A program made the position numbers and the translations under genes. Source: Mizuhopecten yessoensis (lineage: Eukaryota). Taken from it: a DNA stretch of 64,000 bases. The DNA lies in NCBI RefSeq assembly GCF_002113885.1, contig NW_018406103.1, forward strand, positions 1,045,661 to 1,109,660, in the 5' to 3' direction. This document shows positions 1-11,593 of this stretch, one piece after another. How positions within the stretch are numbered: the first letter of the stretch is position 1; every line of letters begins with the position of its first letter. The notes beneath the pieces are model-generated. The model made no database searches. It was given only the letters and a program-made list of their open reading frames with translations, and was not told the DNA's origin.

Positions 1-780
1 ATCCAGGTGCTTGTATCATCAATAGTCTATATCTGTCACTATGTCATGTCGGAGCAATGCTGACCTCTGATCACCAAAAACCTCCCTTTTTCCAAGGTAA
101 GAAATGTTTATGGGCATGGTTGCTTGTATTTCTCTGCAATTTTTCCCCCAGATTTTGTTTCACTTTGCTGATTAAAATCAAGTAAAGTTACCAGGAACAT
201 AAAAAAAAACATATCATCAACAAATACATTTGGATATGAACACACAGTTAAACCTTCCAAATCTGTTTCATTTTTCAAATCAAGTAAAGTTACCTTGAAC
301 ATGCAAGCAACAAAAACATCATCAACAAATACATTTGGATATGAATGTACAGTTCAACCTCCATTTACAACCTTGCGTTCCGCCAACATACAATTGTATT
401 CCAAGGTACTTTTTCCTCATGTTCTTATGAAAATTCCTTCATACATTTCCCAAATTTAAATTGCAAAACCCCTTTATTACCCTAATATTTTTCTTGTCAG
501 ATGATTTCAGTAAAATAGAATTTAATAATATTGCTGCATCAATATCTCCAAATTTGTAATCTGATTTGGAAGATATACACTTTTGAGTTTAGTCATTCAC
601 AAAATAAAAATTCAAAAACTGAAAATTGGCAGAGATATATGATGCAATGCATCTGTTTGAAAATGATAAAAAAAGGTTCATTTACAGCATCCATACTTAA
701 ATACCATAGTATTATTACTTTTAATTATTTCGAGAATTGTCTGTATTGCATAGTCTCAGAACTTTGGTCCAGTAATCTGA

Positions 781-3700
781 TCAAAATCCATAGGCCTTTG
801 GAAAGTGGATTAATGTTTCAGCCTCTGAAAAGAACAAGGAGCATCTCATAAATTAACTTTTCCTAAACAAGAAATATCTAGCATAGCAAGAAGCGATATT
901 TGTAAAAAAATACATGCACTTCCATGACAACCAAATAAGCTATGAAGTAGTGGTGTTTCTAAACATTTTCTTCAGGTTAGTAAGTATGGATTATGAGAAG
1001 CTCTTTTTACACAACCGATACAACTTTTTATGTGACGTTTCGATGACTAGTACGATATGTACACTGTCACCATCATCAGACAAATGACCAATGACGCGTA
1101 TGTACACTGTCACCTTCATCAGACAAAGGGCCAGTGACGTGTATGTACACTGTCACCTTCATCAGACAAATGACCAGTGAAGCGTATGTACACTGTCACC
1201 TTCATCAGACAAATGACCAGTGAAGCGTACGTACACTGTCATCTTCATCAGACAAATGACCAGTGAAGCATATGCACAAAAAGGTGTAAAATGTGTACGA
1301 GTTGTCCACAAAAGTAACGGTGTTCCAATTAATCAACCTTGTTAACTATTTGTTAGTTAGGCTGATAAATTGATTATAGAATTCATGATTGATTTAAGTC
1401 GGAATACTTGCATGTAGACATTATGGAGTTTTCTGTAGAGTTATTCATGATTTCAGGCCTAACCTCCTTGCTAGATACTAACAATACCTTTAAGCAACAG
1501 AAGTATCCTGATACCTATTGTATACAGGGAAATGTTCCTCCCAGTTTAACTTACGCCTTGTTCGCCCAATGAGCGTGAATTTGTCATGACAGTTAATATT
1601 ACATACAATTTACAGTATTTACATGTTATGGGCAAAATTTACACTGGGCAAAGATGGACTTTATTGGCAAAGGGCGAATATTTACACTGGGGGAATATTT
1701 ACACTGGGGGAATATTTACACTGGGCGAATATTTACACTGGGCGGAAGTGTCCGGGTATACAGTATTTCAAGCTCCTACTGCGGCATTGTCATTCGCATA
1801 ATTTTACTTCCAAACCTGTTCATGGTTACCAAGGACTATAAATAAATAACAGATTAACCCTTTCACCCCTATGTAACTTTAGTAGACTCTTAAATGCATT
1901 GATATGGAGGGGTCCATTATGGTCTACAGTTGTGAAAGGGTTTAAAAAATGAAGTGTTTAAATGGAGGCGATTTATTGAACTCTGGTCACATTATTTATT
2001 AGCAGTCACAACATGGGGGATCTCACTATAAATTTCCTTAAAACAATTATCGATCTTATTATAAAATCTTATGATTTTTTTGGGAAATACATACACTATT
2101 ATAAATTTAAAATTGCACTCATTATAGGGACTCCCCTGATAATCTATGCAATCAGCCAAGCCCGGCAAAAGGACTATGTACTGTACGTAACAGAAGCAGA
2201 GAAGTCCTCGACTGTCGGGTGTAACTGGCTGTATTAGACCTGGGCACAAAACACACACAATAATACTTTCCTATTTGTACATGAATATACTCAATAATCA
2301 CATTCTTGAAAACAGTAAAAATAAATCCTTTTTTTTAAAAATATTTTTATATTATTATGTAATTTTTGCAAAAAATAAAAATAATTCCTATGTAAACTTC
2401 TTGGCCCCTTCCGATCGCCCTCCCACGACAAAAAACACCAGAATGTGGGGCAACGAAACCAACACATAAGAGCGACTGGCGCATATGGGTTCGCCCAAAC
2501 CGCCACATCCACCAACCAGTTCATAAAATTCCAACAGAACATCAACACTTTGTCGACTGTTGGTTAGTTACGCTAATAAACTGATTAATTGACAACAGCA
2601 AATCATGTTCAATGACCAAATAAATGTAAGATCTTCCTGTAACGATTCCTCTACTGCAAAGAGTAGTTAACGATAAAGGAAAAGGGCATCGTATTCTCCC
2701 ATAACTGTTCGTAGAATTGATCAGGCCTACCTTGTTGAGGCAGTAAATTGTCTAAAACAAGGCCATAAAACTGTTCTGGTCTGCCGTCTGTTGACGTTCC
2801 CTGGCTATTTATTCTGTATGTCCTGAAATATTAGATAGAACCTCAAAGTACTGGCAAGCTAGTGTTATACACAGGTTTGCATAGCACGACCAGTGAAGAG
2901 TTTAAATGTGATGGTTTACTTCACTGGTTGTGCTACTAAGTAAATCAAATTTGAGATATATCTCAGTTGTTGATGTGCCTTGCATGGCCCTGTTCTGCAC
3001 TTTGAGAGAAGGAATTCAGTCAAAATTGCAAAAGATATACCGGTATATTTGTGGCAGATTTTAATTGTACAAAGGATAATGGTAGCTTTCTAGCTTTGAG
3101 CTATAGGGAATTTCCCTTTAGCTCAGTGGTAGAGCGTCTGACCAGGAACCTAGGATCGCAGGTTCGATCCCCGTTAGAAGCACACTATTCTCTTTCCTGT
3201 TACATATGTAATAATACTAGATTTAACTTGAAGCATGTGCTTCAAAGATACTCCTGCTCCCCGCATATCTACAAAGTTTTGAGTCCATTCATGAAACAGA
3301 GGCTTAGATGTGCTGCAGAAACCTGTAATTCACTTAATTTAGTACTCGAGGTCAAGGTTAAAGGTTAAATTGAGGTCACAGTGACCTCATTTTTGGATGC
3401 AACACATCGCTTTTCCATGATATGTTCAGGAAACTATTTTGTGAGAACTTGTTAAAGTCGAAGGTCAAATTGAGGCCACAGTGACCTCGTTCTTGGATGT
3501 GACACACTGCCATTCAACAATATACCTATATGTTTCTACAAAGTTTGATGCCCATTCATGAAATAGCAGCTGAGTTTTGGTCCAGAAATCATCATCAGCT
3601 CGGCCAGATGCATGGACGAAAGGACAAAGTGAGTACTATATGTATAACTCTGACTTCATCACAGCGGTGGAAGAAAAAGAGTTATTGCTATCGCAGTACA

Positions 3701-6700
3701 CTCACCATCCCATGTGTTGACCACAGTGCGGACACTTGGTTATCCACCAGCTGTAATTAGGGAACCACGTGTCATCACTGTATTTCTGAAAGATAACAAT
3801 ATAACAATGACCATCAAATATAGTTCTGTTGTTGTATGGAAATCAGCATAGTTTTGACCCTTTCACCCCTAAAGTCACATTTACACCTTACCAAATCAAA
3901 GAATGGTTAAGTCCAGTTCAGATATGTAGGGGTGAATGAGTTAAATAATCAAGATCCGGAAATTTTTTTTAATGAAAAGACTGCCATGTCTACGACTATT
4001 ATATACATGTACTTTGGATATTCATTTAATTGTTTGTCATATTGCCTCATGTAGTGACACTTTTAGTGAACCTTGGCTGTGCTAAATTATTTACCCCTAC
4101 AGACACATTTGAACTCTTCCAATTCAAAGATTGGAATAGTTCATTATTAAATTTCAGGGGTGAATGAGATAATTGCTGGTGGTTTGAATTCAGAGGTTCT
4201 TGGTCACCAAATCATCAAATATGCTGAAGTTATTCAGACCAGTATTCATTTTTCATTATTTTTTTTAGGTCTTTAAACCTTTCACCCCTATATAACTTTA
4301 GTCGACTATACCATGCATTGATCTGGTTGAGTCCATTTTGGTCTACAGTGGTGAAAGGGTTAAATTTGGTTTTGATACCCGCCTATAAAGTAGAGACGGT
4401 ACACATATATAGTTGTCTTTTTTGTTGGTCTATCAATTTGTTTGCATACGGTGGACAAGTTATATAAACACTGGATGGAGTTCTTATTGTGATTTATATG
4501 TCCACAATTTGTTCAAATCCCTACAGTTGTTCTTGGGAAGAAATTGAAAATGTATGACTTACAGATTAAGATCGCAATAGTTATACCCTACATCCAGTGT
4601 CCCATATGTTGGGCAAGACCAGGATATTTCAGTGCATTTGATTGAGATCAAATTATTCAGGTCTGAGGTGAAAACTAAGGTTGGTCATGGTACCTGAAAG
4701 AATTTTTTTTGTGTCGTGTACACAGATATATATAGTAGAGGACTTGTTAGTTAAGACTTACTTGTAAATCTTCTAAAACATCTGCTTTTCTTGTTGTTAT
4801 AACTTCAAAAGAATTATCTGAAAAATAAGTGAAAAGTATACATATGTACTGAGCAGAAGAGGTCATTCGTTTAAGTAAAGCACAGGTTCTTGTGCTGAAA
4901 ACATGCTGAACAAGCACTGGTTCATGTGCTAAAAACATGCTGAACAAGCACTGGTTCATGTGCTGAAAAATGCTGAACAAGCACTGGTTCATGTGCTGAA
5001 CAAAAAGTGAACAAGCACTGGTTCATGTGCTTAGACTATATAAAGTACATACTGAACAAGCACTGGTTCATGTGCTGAAAACATGCTGAAAAAGCACTGG
5101 TTCATGTGTTGAAAACATGCTGAACAAGTACTAGTTCATGTGCTTATATACTATATATAGTACATACTGAATGACACTGGTTCATGTGCTGAAAACATGC
5201 TGAACAAGCACTGGTTCATGTTCTGAAAACATGCTGAACAAGTACTAGTTCATGTGCTTATATACTATATATAGTACATACTGAACGACACTGGTTCATG
5301 TGCTAAATACAAACTGAACAAACACTGATTCATGTCCTGAACATTTCCTGAACAAACACTGGAACATATGCTTAACACATATTAAACAAGCACTGGTTCA
5401 TGTCCTGAATACATACTGAATGTTTAACTGGTTCATGTCCTGAATACATACTGAATGTATCACTGGTTCATGTCCTGAATACATACTGAATGGAGCACTG
5501 GTTCATGTCCTGAATACATACTGAATATAGCTTTGGTTCATGTCCTGAACATTTACTGAACATACACTGGTTCATGTTCTAAAAGCATACTGAACAAACA
5601 ATGGTTCATGTCCTGAATACATACTGAATGTAGCAGTTCATGTGCTTATATACTATATATAGTACATACTGAACAACACTGGTTCATGTGCTGAAAACAT
5701 GCTGAACAAGCACTGGTTCATGTGCTGAACAAAAAGTGAACAAGCACTGGTTCATGTGCTTAGACTATATAAAGTACATACTGAACAAGCACTGGTTCAT
5801 GTGCTGAAAACATGCTGAACAAGCACTGGTTCATGTGCTGAACAAAAAGTGAACAAGCACTGGTTCATGTGCTTAGACTATATAAAGTACATACTGAACA
5901 AGCACTGGTTCATGTGCTGAAAACATGCTGAACAAGCACTGGTTCATGTGCTGAAAACATGCTGAAAAAGCACTGGTTCATGTGTTGAAAACATGCTGAA
6001 CAAGTACTAGTTCTTGTGCTTATATACTATATATAGTACATACTGAACAACACTGGTTCATGTGCTGAAAACATGCTGAACAAGCACTGGTTCATGTGCT
6101 GAACAAAAAGTGAACAAGCACTGGTTCATGTGCTTAGACTATATAAAGTACATACTGAACAAGCACTGGTTCATGTGCTGAAAACATGCTGAACAAGCAC
6201 TGGTTCATGTGCTGAACAAAAAGTGAACAAGCACTGGTTCATGTGCTTAGACTATATAAAGTACATACTGAACAAGCACTGGTTCATGTGCTGAAAACAT
6301 GCTGAACAAGTACTAGTTAATGTGCTTATATACTATATATAGTACATACTGAACAACACTGGTTCATGTGCTGAAAACATGCTGAACAAGCACTGGTTCA
6401 TGTGCTGAAAACATGCTGAACAAGCACTGGTTCATGTTCTGAAAACATGCTGAACAAGTACTAGTTCATGTGCTTATTTACTATATATAGTACATACTGA
6501 ACGACACTGGTCCATGTGCTAAATACAAACTGAACAAACACTGATTCATGTCCTGAACATTTCCTGAACAAACACTGGAACATATGCTTAACACATATTA
6601 AACAAGCACTGGTTCATGTCCTGAATACATACTGAATATAGCTTTGGTTCATGTCCTGAACATTTACTGAACATACACTGGTTCATGTTCTAAAAGCATA

Positions 6701-9700
6701 CTGAACAAACACTGGTTTATGTACAAAAAAACATACTAAATAAAGCATTGGTTCATGTGGTGCAAACAAACTGATCATGACACTGGTTTATATACTGTTC
6801 TCATAATTTTTTAATAACTTTGAAGTAAGCACATTTGTGTTGGTCATAAGAAGTGACCATATCGTTTGAAGGTTTTATTACTTACCATGTGGATTTTTAA
6901 ATTGTTGAATAAGAATTTCTGGGACACCACCAAATGTAGAATTTCTTTGTCTGAGTGCCACTTTGCTTGGAATGTTGATCAAGTTTGCAGCTCGAACGAC
7001 TTCATGTCCACACTTCCGACATAGCAGGTAATCTGAAAACAGAAGTATTACTGTAAATATCCATAAAAATGTTCCTTACAAAATCATGCAACAACGAAGC
7101 TCCTGATAATGAGACAATTTTAATATATTGCATTGTCAATTTGGTTTGGTTTGTTTGCGGTTTACATCCTATATTTACAGATATGGTCTAGGTTTTGGTG
7201 GTGGAGGAAAGCCAGAGTACCCAGAGATAAACCACCGACCTGCGGCCAGTACCTGGCGACTGCCCCAGGTATGTAGGCCTCGAACCCACGACCAAGTGGT
7301 GATTGGCTAATGGTAGCAGAACTCGGCCACCATGGCCCTCATTGTTGTCAAAGGAGGCTGGGAATTAATATTAGTACTATGGTAGCTCTATATATTGTAT
7401 TCATGAGGCAAAGGGCTACAGTATCAGCCACCAATATCTTCACTTATAACACAGCACCCTGGCCTTGGCAGGTGTGGATGTGACTTTCTGTCTTTATAGA
7501 ACAACATACACTGGATTGCTAAACAGCCTTGGAAAATAGTAACAATTACTGCTTCCTACTAGTGTTGGTTTGTTTGTGTTTTACATCCTATTAACAGCTA
7601 TGGTCATTTAAGGATGTGTCAGGTTTTGATGGTAGAGGAAAGTCGGACTTCCCGGAGAAAACCAACGGCCAGTACCTGGCGACTGCCAAACGTAGGTCTT
7701 GAACCCGCGACCCAGTGGTGGAGGGCTAGTGGTAGCAGATGTCAGATGCCTTAACCACTTGGCCTCCGTGGCTGCTCACTAGTGTTGGATCATTAACATG
7801 ATGATACCATACCTATCACGATACATATGGTAACAGAAGATGCAAGAAAAAAAGAAATGTTGCAATTTTTTAATGGCAAATTATTACAACTGGAAAAAGA
7901 CTCGGTCCAAAATGGGCATGACTTTGAAGTTTCACACAATTCATGCCTTTCGACGTGCATGCCGAGCTGGAGCGGTCAATAGCCATGTTGGAACCGATAT
8001 GAGTAGACTAAATTCAGACACGACAAAATTCTGAAAATATTATAAGTGTATTGTAACTTCCCAAAAAAATATTGTGTTGGTATACTATATTGAAAATATT
8101 GTTATATATCATCGGTCATCAGGTCTGAGAGACAGTCTACAGTGGCGGATCCAGTGGAGTTTTTTGGGCTTCAGGAACCCACCCCCACCCCACCTGGAAA
8201 TTTGGAAACCCCCCTTGATAGGTCTCTGGATCCGACAATGGTCTACATAGTTTTGATTCCTCCAGAAAAAGAGGGAGGGGCACTTATGGGGAATGCTTAT
8301 TACAGTGAATACGGTCACAACATAAACAACGACCTGTGTTACATTGGCAGGGAAAATCCTCGAATTAGAGAGCAGTGGGCCATATTTAGCAATTTTTAGT
8401 CAATATTAAATTAAGAGTTAATCTAGTTTTGAGGGGTCAATGGCCCCATGACCCCCTCCAGGACTATCCCTGCATTGGCATAGCTGTCAAAGCTCCCTCA
8501 TTAGGAGACTGACTCCCTCATTTTGACCAAAATTTACCAATCTCCCTCGAAACTTCCTCATTAAAGTCCAACTCACACAAACTCAAAACCTACATTCTTT
8601 GGTCAAATGATCTCCTACTTACTGCAGGGTGTGTGTAATGATCATAACAGATGTGTCTGAATAAAGTTAATGCTTTTTGGAGTTATTTTGATGCATAAAA
8701 AGGGAAAGATAACTTGAAACACTTTCCCTCTCATTGGAGGCTTCAGAGGTTGACACTTATGCATCGGTGCCAAGAATAGGGCCCCGAAAATTACAAAAAT
8801 TACTCTGATTTGCTCTAAGGAGCATTATTGTTACCCTGGAAACACCCAAGATGACTTCTTTCTGGGAAGTAAGAGGAAACTAGAGTTTGGTAGTTAAAAG
8901 CCTCTCATTTGAAATTTCCAGTAGGAAATTGAAACTAACCGCAAGGGACCAGTCTCTGGACCAAACCAAAAAGCATCATAAAGGTTCAACAAGCCCCCCT
9001 GAAAGATGCTAGTTATATAGTTTCCCTTAACAGGTCCAGTACACTCTGCCAATTGAGCTATATAGCTTTAAAGACCTATATAGCTATATACACCTATAAA
9101 TTATAGCTGTATTGAGCTATATTTTCTCATATTTCAATTTTCATTAAATTAAAGCAAAGTCGCATAAAACAATATGGTTTTTGGTAATGGTGACTACAAA
9201 AAGCATACAGTTAGATGTTTATTTTCATTTTTCATAAATGTAAAATTTCTGATTTTTTCACATCATTATTTTATAAAAAGAATACTTATATTTAATGTCT
9301 TTTGTTATCAACCTTATTATACAATCTTCTTTTAAAAGCGACTTTGTTTTGTTTTCCTTAAAAATGAAAAATGAGTTTTTAATAGGACTTACTTTGGGTG
9401 TGAACTTAAGGGTGACTTTAGCCTCTTACAGGGGTTTGTAGAACCTTAAGGACATTCTAATATGACTGCCACACCAAACCGTTTATCAAATACAATAATG
9501 CGTTCCGTTAGCATTAAAAAATCCAGTGTCACATAATAATCCTCCTTCAATATTTTTCAAACATAATAAAGGTTACATGCACACTAAATTTCAGAAAAAA
9601 TATTCAATAACTGATGAAAAAACTCACTATTCATATGTTCATTTTCCAAGCTGAATATAAGTCACAATTCAGGAAAAAATCCATTTAAACTTGTAAATAT

Positions 9701-10798
9701 CATAAGGTTGGATGTCCATGGAGATGCATTTGTCGAGAAAAATGTAAGAAAATGTGTCAAATCTCCAGAATAATGGCATATATATTCCCCTGAATATATC
9801 ACAACTGAGCACTAGGCAAACAAGGCTGACTGAGGTTGGAAAAAATCATAAAAAGAATGTGAGATTTTACCTGTACACCATTCACTACAGGTTCTCACTC
9901 GGGTAATATGACTCGACTTGTATCAAAAGTCTTGTTAACTTTATGAATTATTGTAAAATATCCAATCAAAATACGTCATCATTCTCGAGATTTGAAGCAT
10001 TTTCTCACATTTTCCTCGACAATAGTCACTACATGGACACTTCAGGAATGCATGTACAGGTAAGTTTTTTCATTAATTTCATTATTCATTGCAATTTTGC
10101 GACATTCAAATTCCGCATTCAAATTTACTTTTCAAGACAAAATCAACAATATTTTCGACAAATCATTTCTGCAAAGGTAATTATTGACATTGTCTTGACA
10201 TGAGTATACTAAGCGACTTCCATACTTTATTCATTTTGAGGAAAGTTAAAAGCCCTTTACGAAAGATTACTTGGGTAATATGGATCGACTTGAGAGTCTA
10301 TATAAAAATAACTTATATAAAATACCAGGAAAGAAATGCACCGCATATTAAATAAAATCACCACTTTCATAAAAATTGCTTCTTTGGAAATAAATATTTT
10401 TGATCACCAGTCATAAATCTCTACTTTAAAGTAAAAGTACTATTAAGGTCTGTGCGGCAGCCTACATTCCTCCAGAAAAAGAGGGAGGGCACTTATGGGG
10501 GCAGGGGAAATGCTTATTACAGTGAATACGGTATATTATTCCGTTACATGGATAAAACGTCAAACCCCTGTGCTAAATCAGTTGTAAGTGAATCTTGCAC
10601 GACTAACTCGAAAAGTTTTATTTTCACAAAGCGATTATCATGAAACATTTTGATATGACAATCCCAGACAATTGTACCTGTTATCTCATCAGCAACAGAC
10701 CCAACACTGTCCAAACTAAAATATACGACAATTAACGTCAAAAGAAAGTGTAGAAAATTGGAAGCCGACAACAAGCACCTGTTACTGGAGGCTGCCAT
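781..10798 (-). CDS. Secreted cereblon-like CULT (thalidomide-binding/yippee-fold) domain protein, 179 aa; exons complement(10678-10798, 6886-7032, 4762-4817, 3706-3785, 2731-2822, 781-824)
   Basis: Six GT-AG exons with matching phases (1,1,0,2,1), total 540 nt, ending in TGA at 781-783. Translation: MAASSNRCLLSASNFLHFLLTLIVVYFSLDSVGSVADEITDYLLCRKCGHEV...QFKNPHDNSFEVIT...DDTWFPNYSWWITKCPHCGQHMGWTY...FYGLVLDNLL...PKAYGF. Two CxxC zinc motifs, NPH, WFPxYxW, HxGW and FYGL are CULT signatures. Hydrophobic N-terminus; no LON domain. Confidence 0.9.
1030..1084 (-). ncRNA. Minimal type I hammerhead ribozyme (Penelope-like element type)
   Basis: Minus strand reads UGU-CUGAUGA-U-GGUGAC(agugUACauaucGUACua)GUCAUC-GAAA-CGUC/ACA. 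This has the complete catalytic core, a 6-bp stem II, palindromic ACGU minimal stem III, a GUC cleavage triplet and a short stem I (UGU/ACA). Confidence 0.65.
1057..1276. repeat. 43-bp tandem repeat, ~5 copies
   Basis: Unit gtatgtacactgtcaccttcatcagacaaatgaccagtgaagc; tcatcag recurs at 1073, 1116, 1159, 1202 and 1245. Confidence 0.9.
1517..1766. mobile_element. MITE-like element with internal 18-bp tandem repeat (gggcgaatatttacactg, ~5 copies)
   Basis: Imperfect terminal inverted repeats tattgtatacagggaa / tccgggtatacagta; tandem units at ~1630-1743. Confidence 0.55.
1854..1945. mobile_element. ~90-bp piggyBac-like MITE (TTAA-flanked); related copies at ~3854-3944, ~4088-4172, ~4273-4363
   Basis: ttaaccctttcacccct...gtgaaagggtttaa inverted termini. 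The internal sequence is closely similar at 4273-4363 and more diverged in the other two copies. Confidence 0.7.
3115..3204 (+). mobile_element. tRNA-derived SINE (head plus ...ctgttaca tail)
   Basis: A box tagctcagtggtagagcg and B box ggttcgatcc. The tail tctctttcctgttaca is shared with the copy at 21525-21625. Confidence 0.65.
4878..6790. repeat. 34-bp minisatellite with 46-bp variants, filling intron 2 of the CULT gene
   Basis: Unit actggttcatgtgctgaaaacatgctgaacaagc with period 34 (4916 to 4950); higher-order re-duplicated blocks. Confidence 0.95.
7138..7340 (-). mobile_element. tRNA-derived SINE with V-domain-like core; same family at 7565-7775 and 16817-17042
   Basis: Shared ggttttggtggtggaggaaagcc.gag.acccggaga...ccagtacctggcgactgcccc...gaacccgcgacccagtgg and a (caaac)n tail on the minus strand. 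Confidence 0.75.
7565..7775 (-). mobile_element. SINE, second copy of the V-domain-like family
   Basis: Aligns by eye with 7138-7340 and 16817-17042. Confidence 0.75.
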
Positions 10799-11593
10799 TT
10801 TGTTGAATGCATTGTGGGATTTGCTTACATTCTCGGAGTTTGACAGTTGTCACGTGGGCAACCGCGTTTTAGGGCGATATAAACAATGGCTCTTCTGTTT
10901 GCTATTTGTACTCCCTCGACAACTTATGTTTACTTGCATATTTCACGTTTTATTTTTGGAAATAGAAACGTTCTATTACCACGAAAGAGTAAAATAATGA
11001 CCAATTGTAATGTTTAGTAAATAATAAATACAATTATTGAACCAAATAATATAGAAAACAACATATTATCTGTTAAATAAATGGTGGAAATATGTAAGTC
11101 ATACTCTCTATAAACATTGTGATGCAACTTTTTTGATTGACAGATTCACCTCGGCGTCAACACCGAATATTTTTACCAAATTTACGTGTTTTAGCTACAC
11201 TTTCTAATCGGCGTTAACAAATTTTGATATATGGGAGTATACTTAAGTGAGTTGTATACATCAATATATTAAAAAGTATTCTGTTTGTATGAATTTCATA
11301 AATTGTCAAATATATCTTCGACCGTGACCTTGGTGTTAAACTCCTTCGGCAAATGAAAACACGGAGGTGTGTCTCTACGAGCCAATGAATGCAATGATAG
11401 TAATCACGAGGTTTTGTTGATACCGGAAAATTAACTCCGCCCACCCTAGCACCATAACAAACCGGCGCAATATACCGGCATATGTTTACATCGACCAGCT
11501 GATTTTTGTGACACTAATGCAGGACAATTACTGAATATTTTGATGTGAAACTTTGTGAATATTACAATTAGGTTTTCTGGATGTGATATACTC
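10799..11593. promoter_or_regulatory. Probable bidirectional promoter between the CULT gene and ZNF704-like gene
   Basis: Divergent ATGs ~800 bp apart. GTCACGTG E-box at 10849-10856, CCAAT ~11382, GC box CTCCGCCC ~11435, and several RCCGG motifs at 11421-11480. Confidence 0.6.

Noticed and set aside
175-360. ~102-bp direct duplication downstream of the CULT stop
   Set aside because: Simple two-copy local duplication with no further structure evident.
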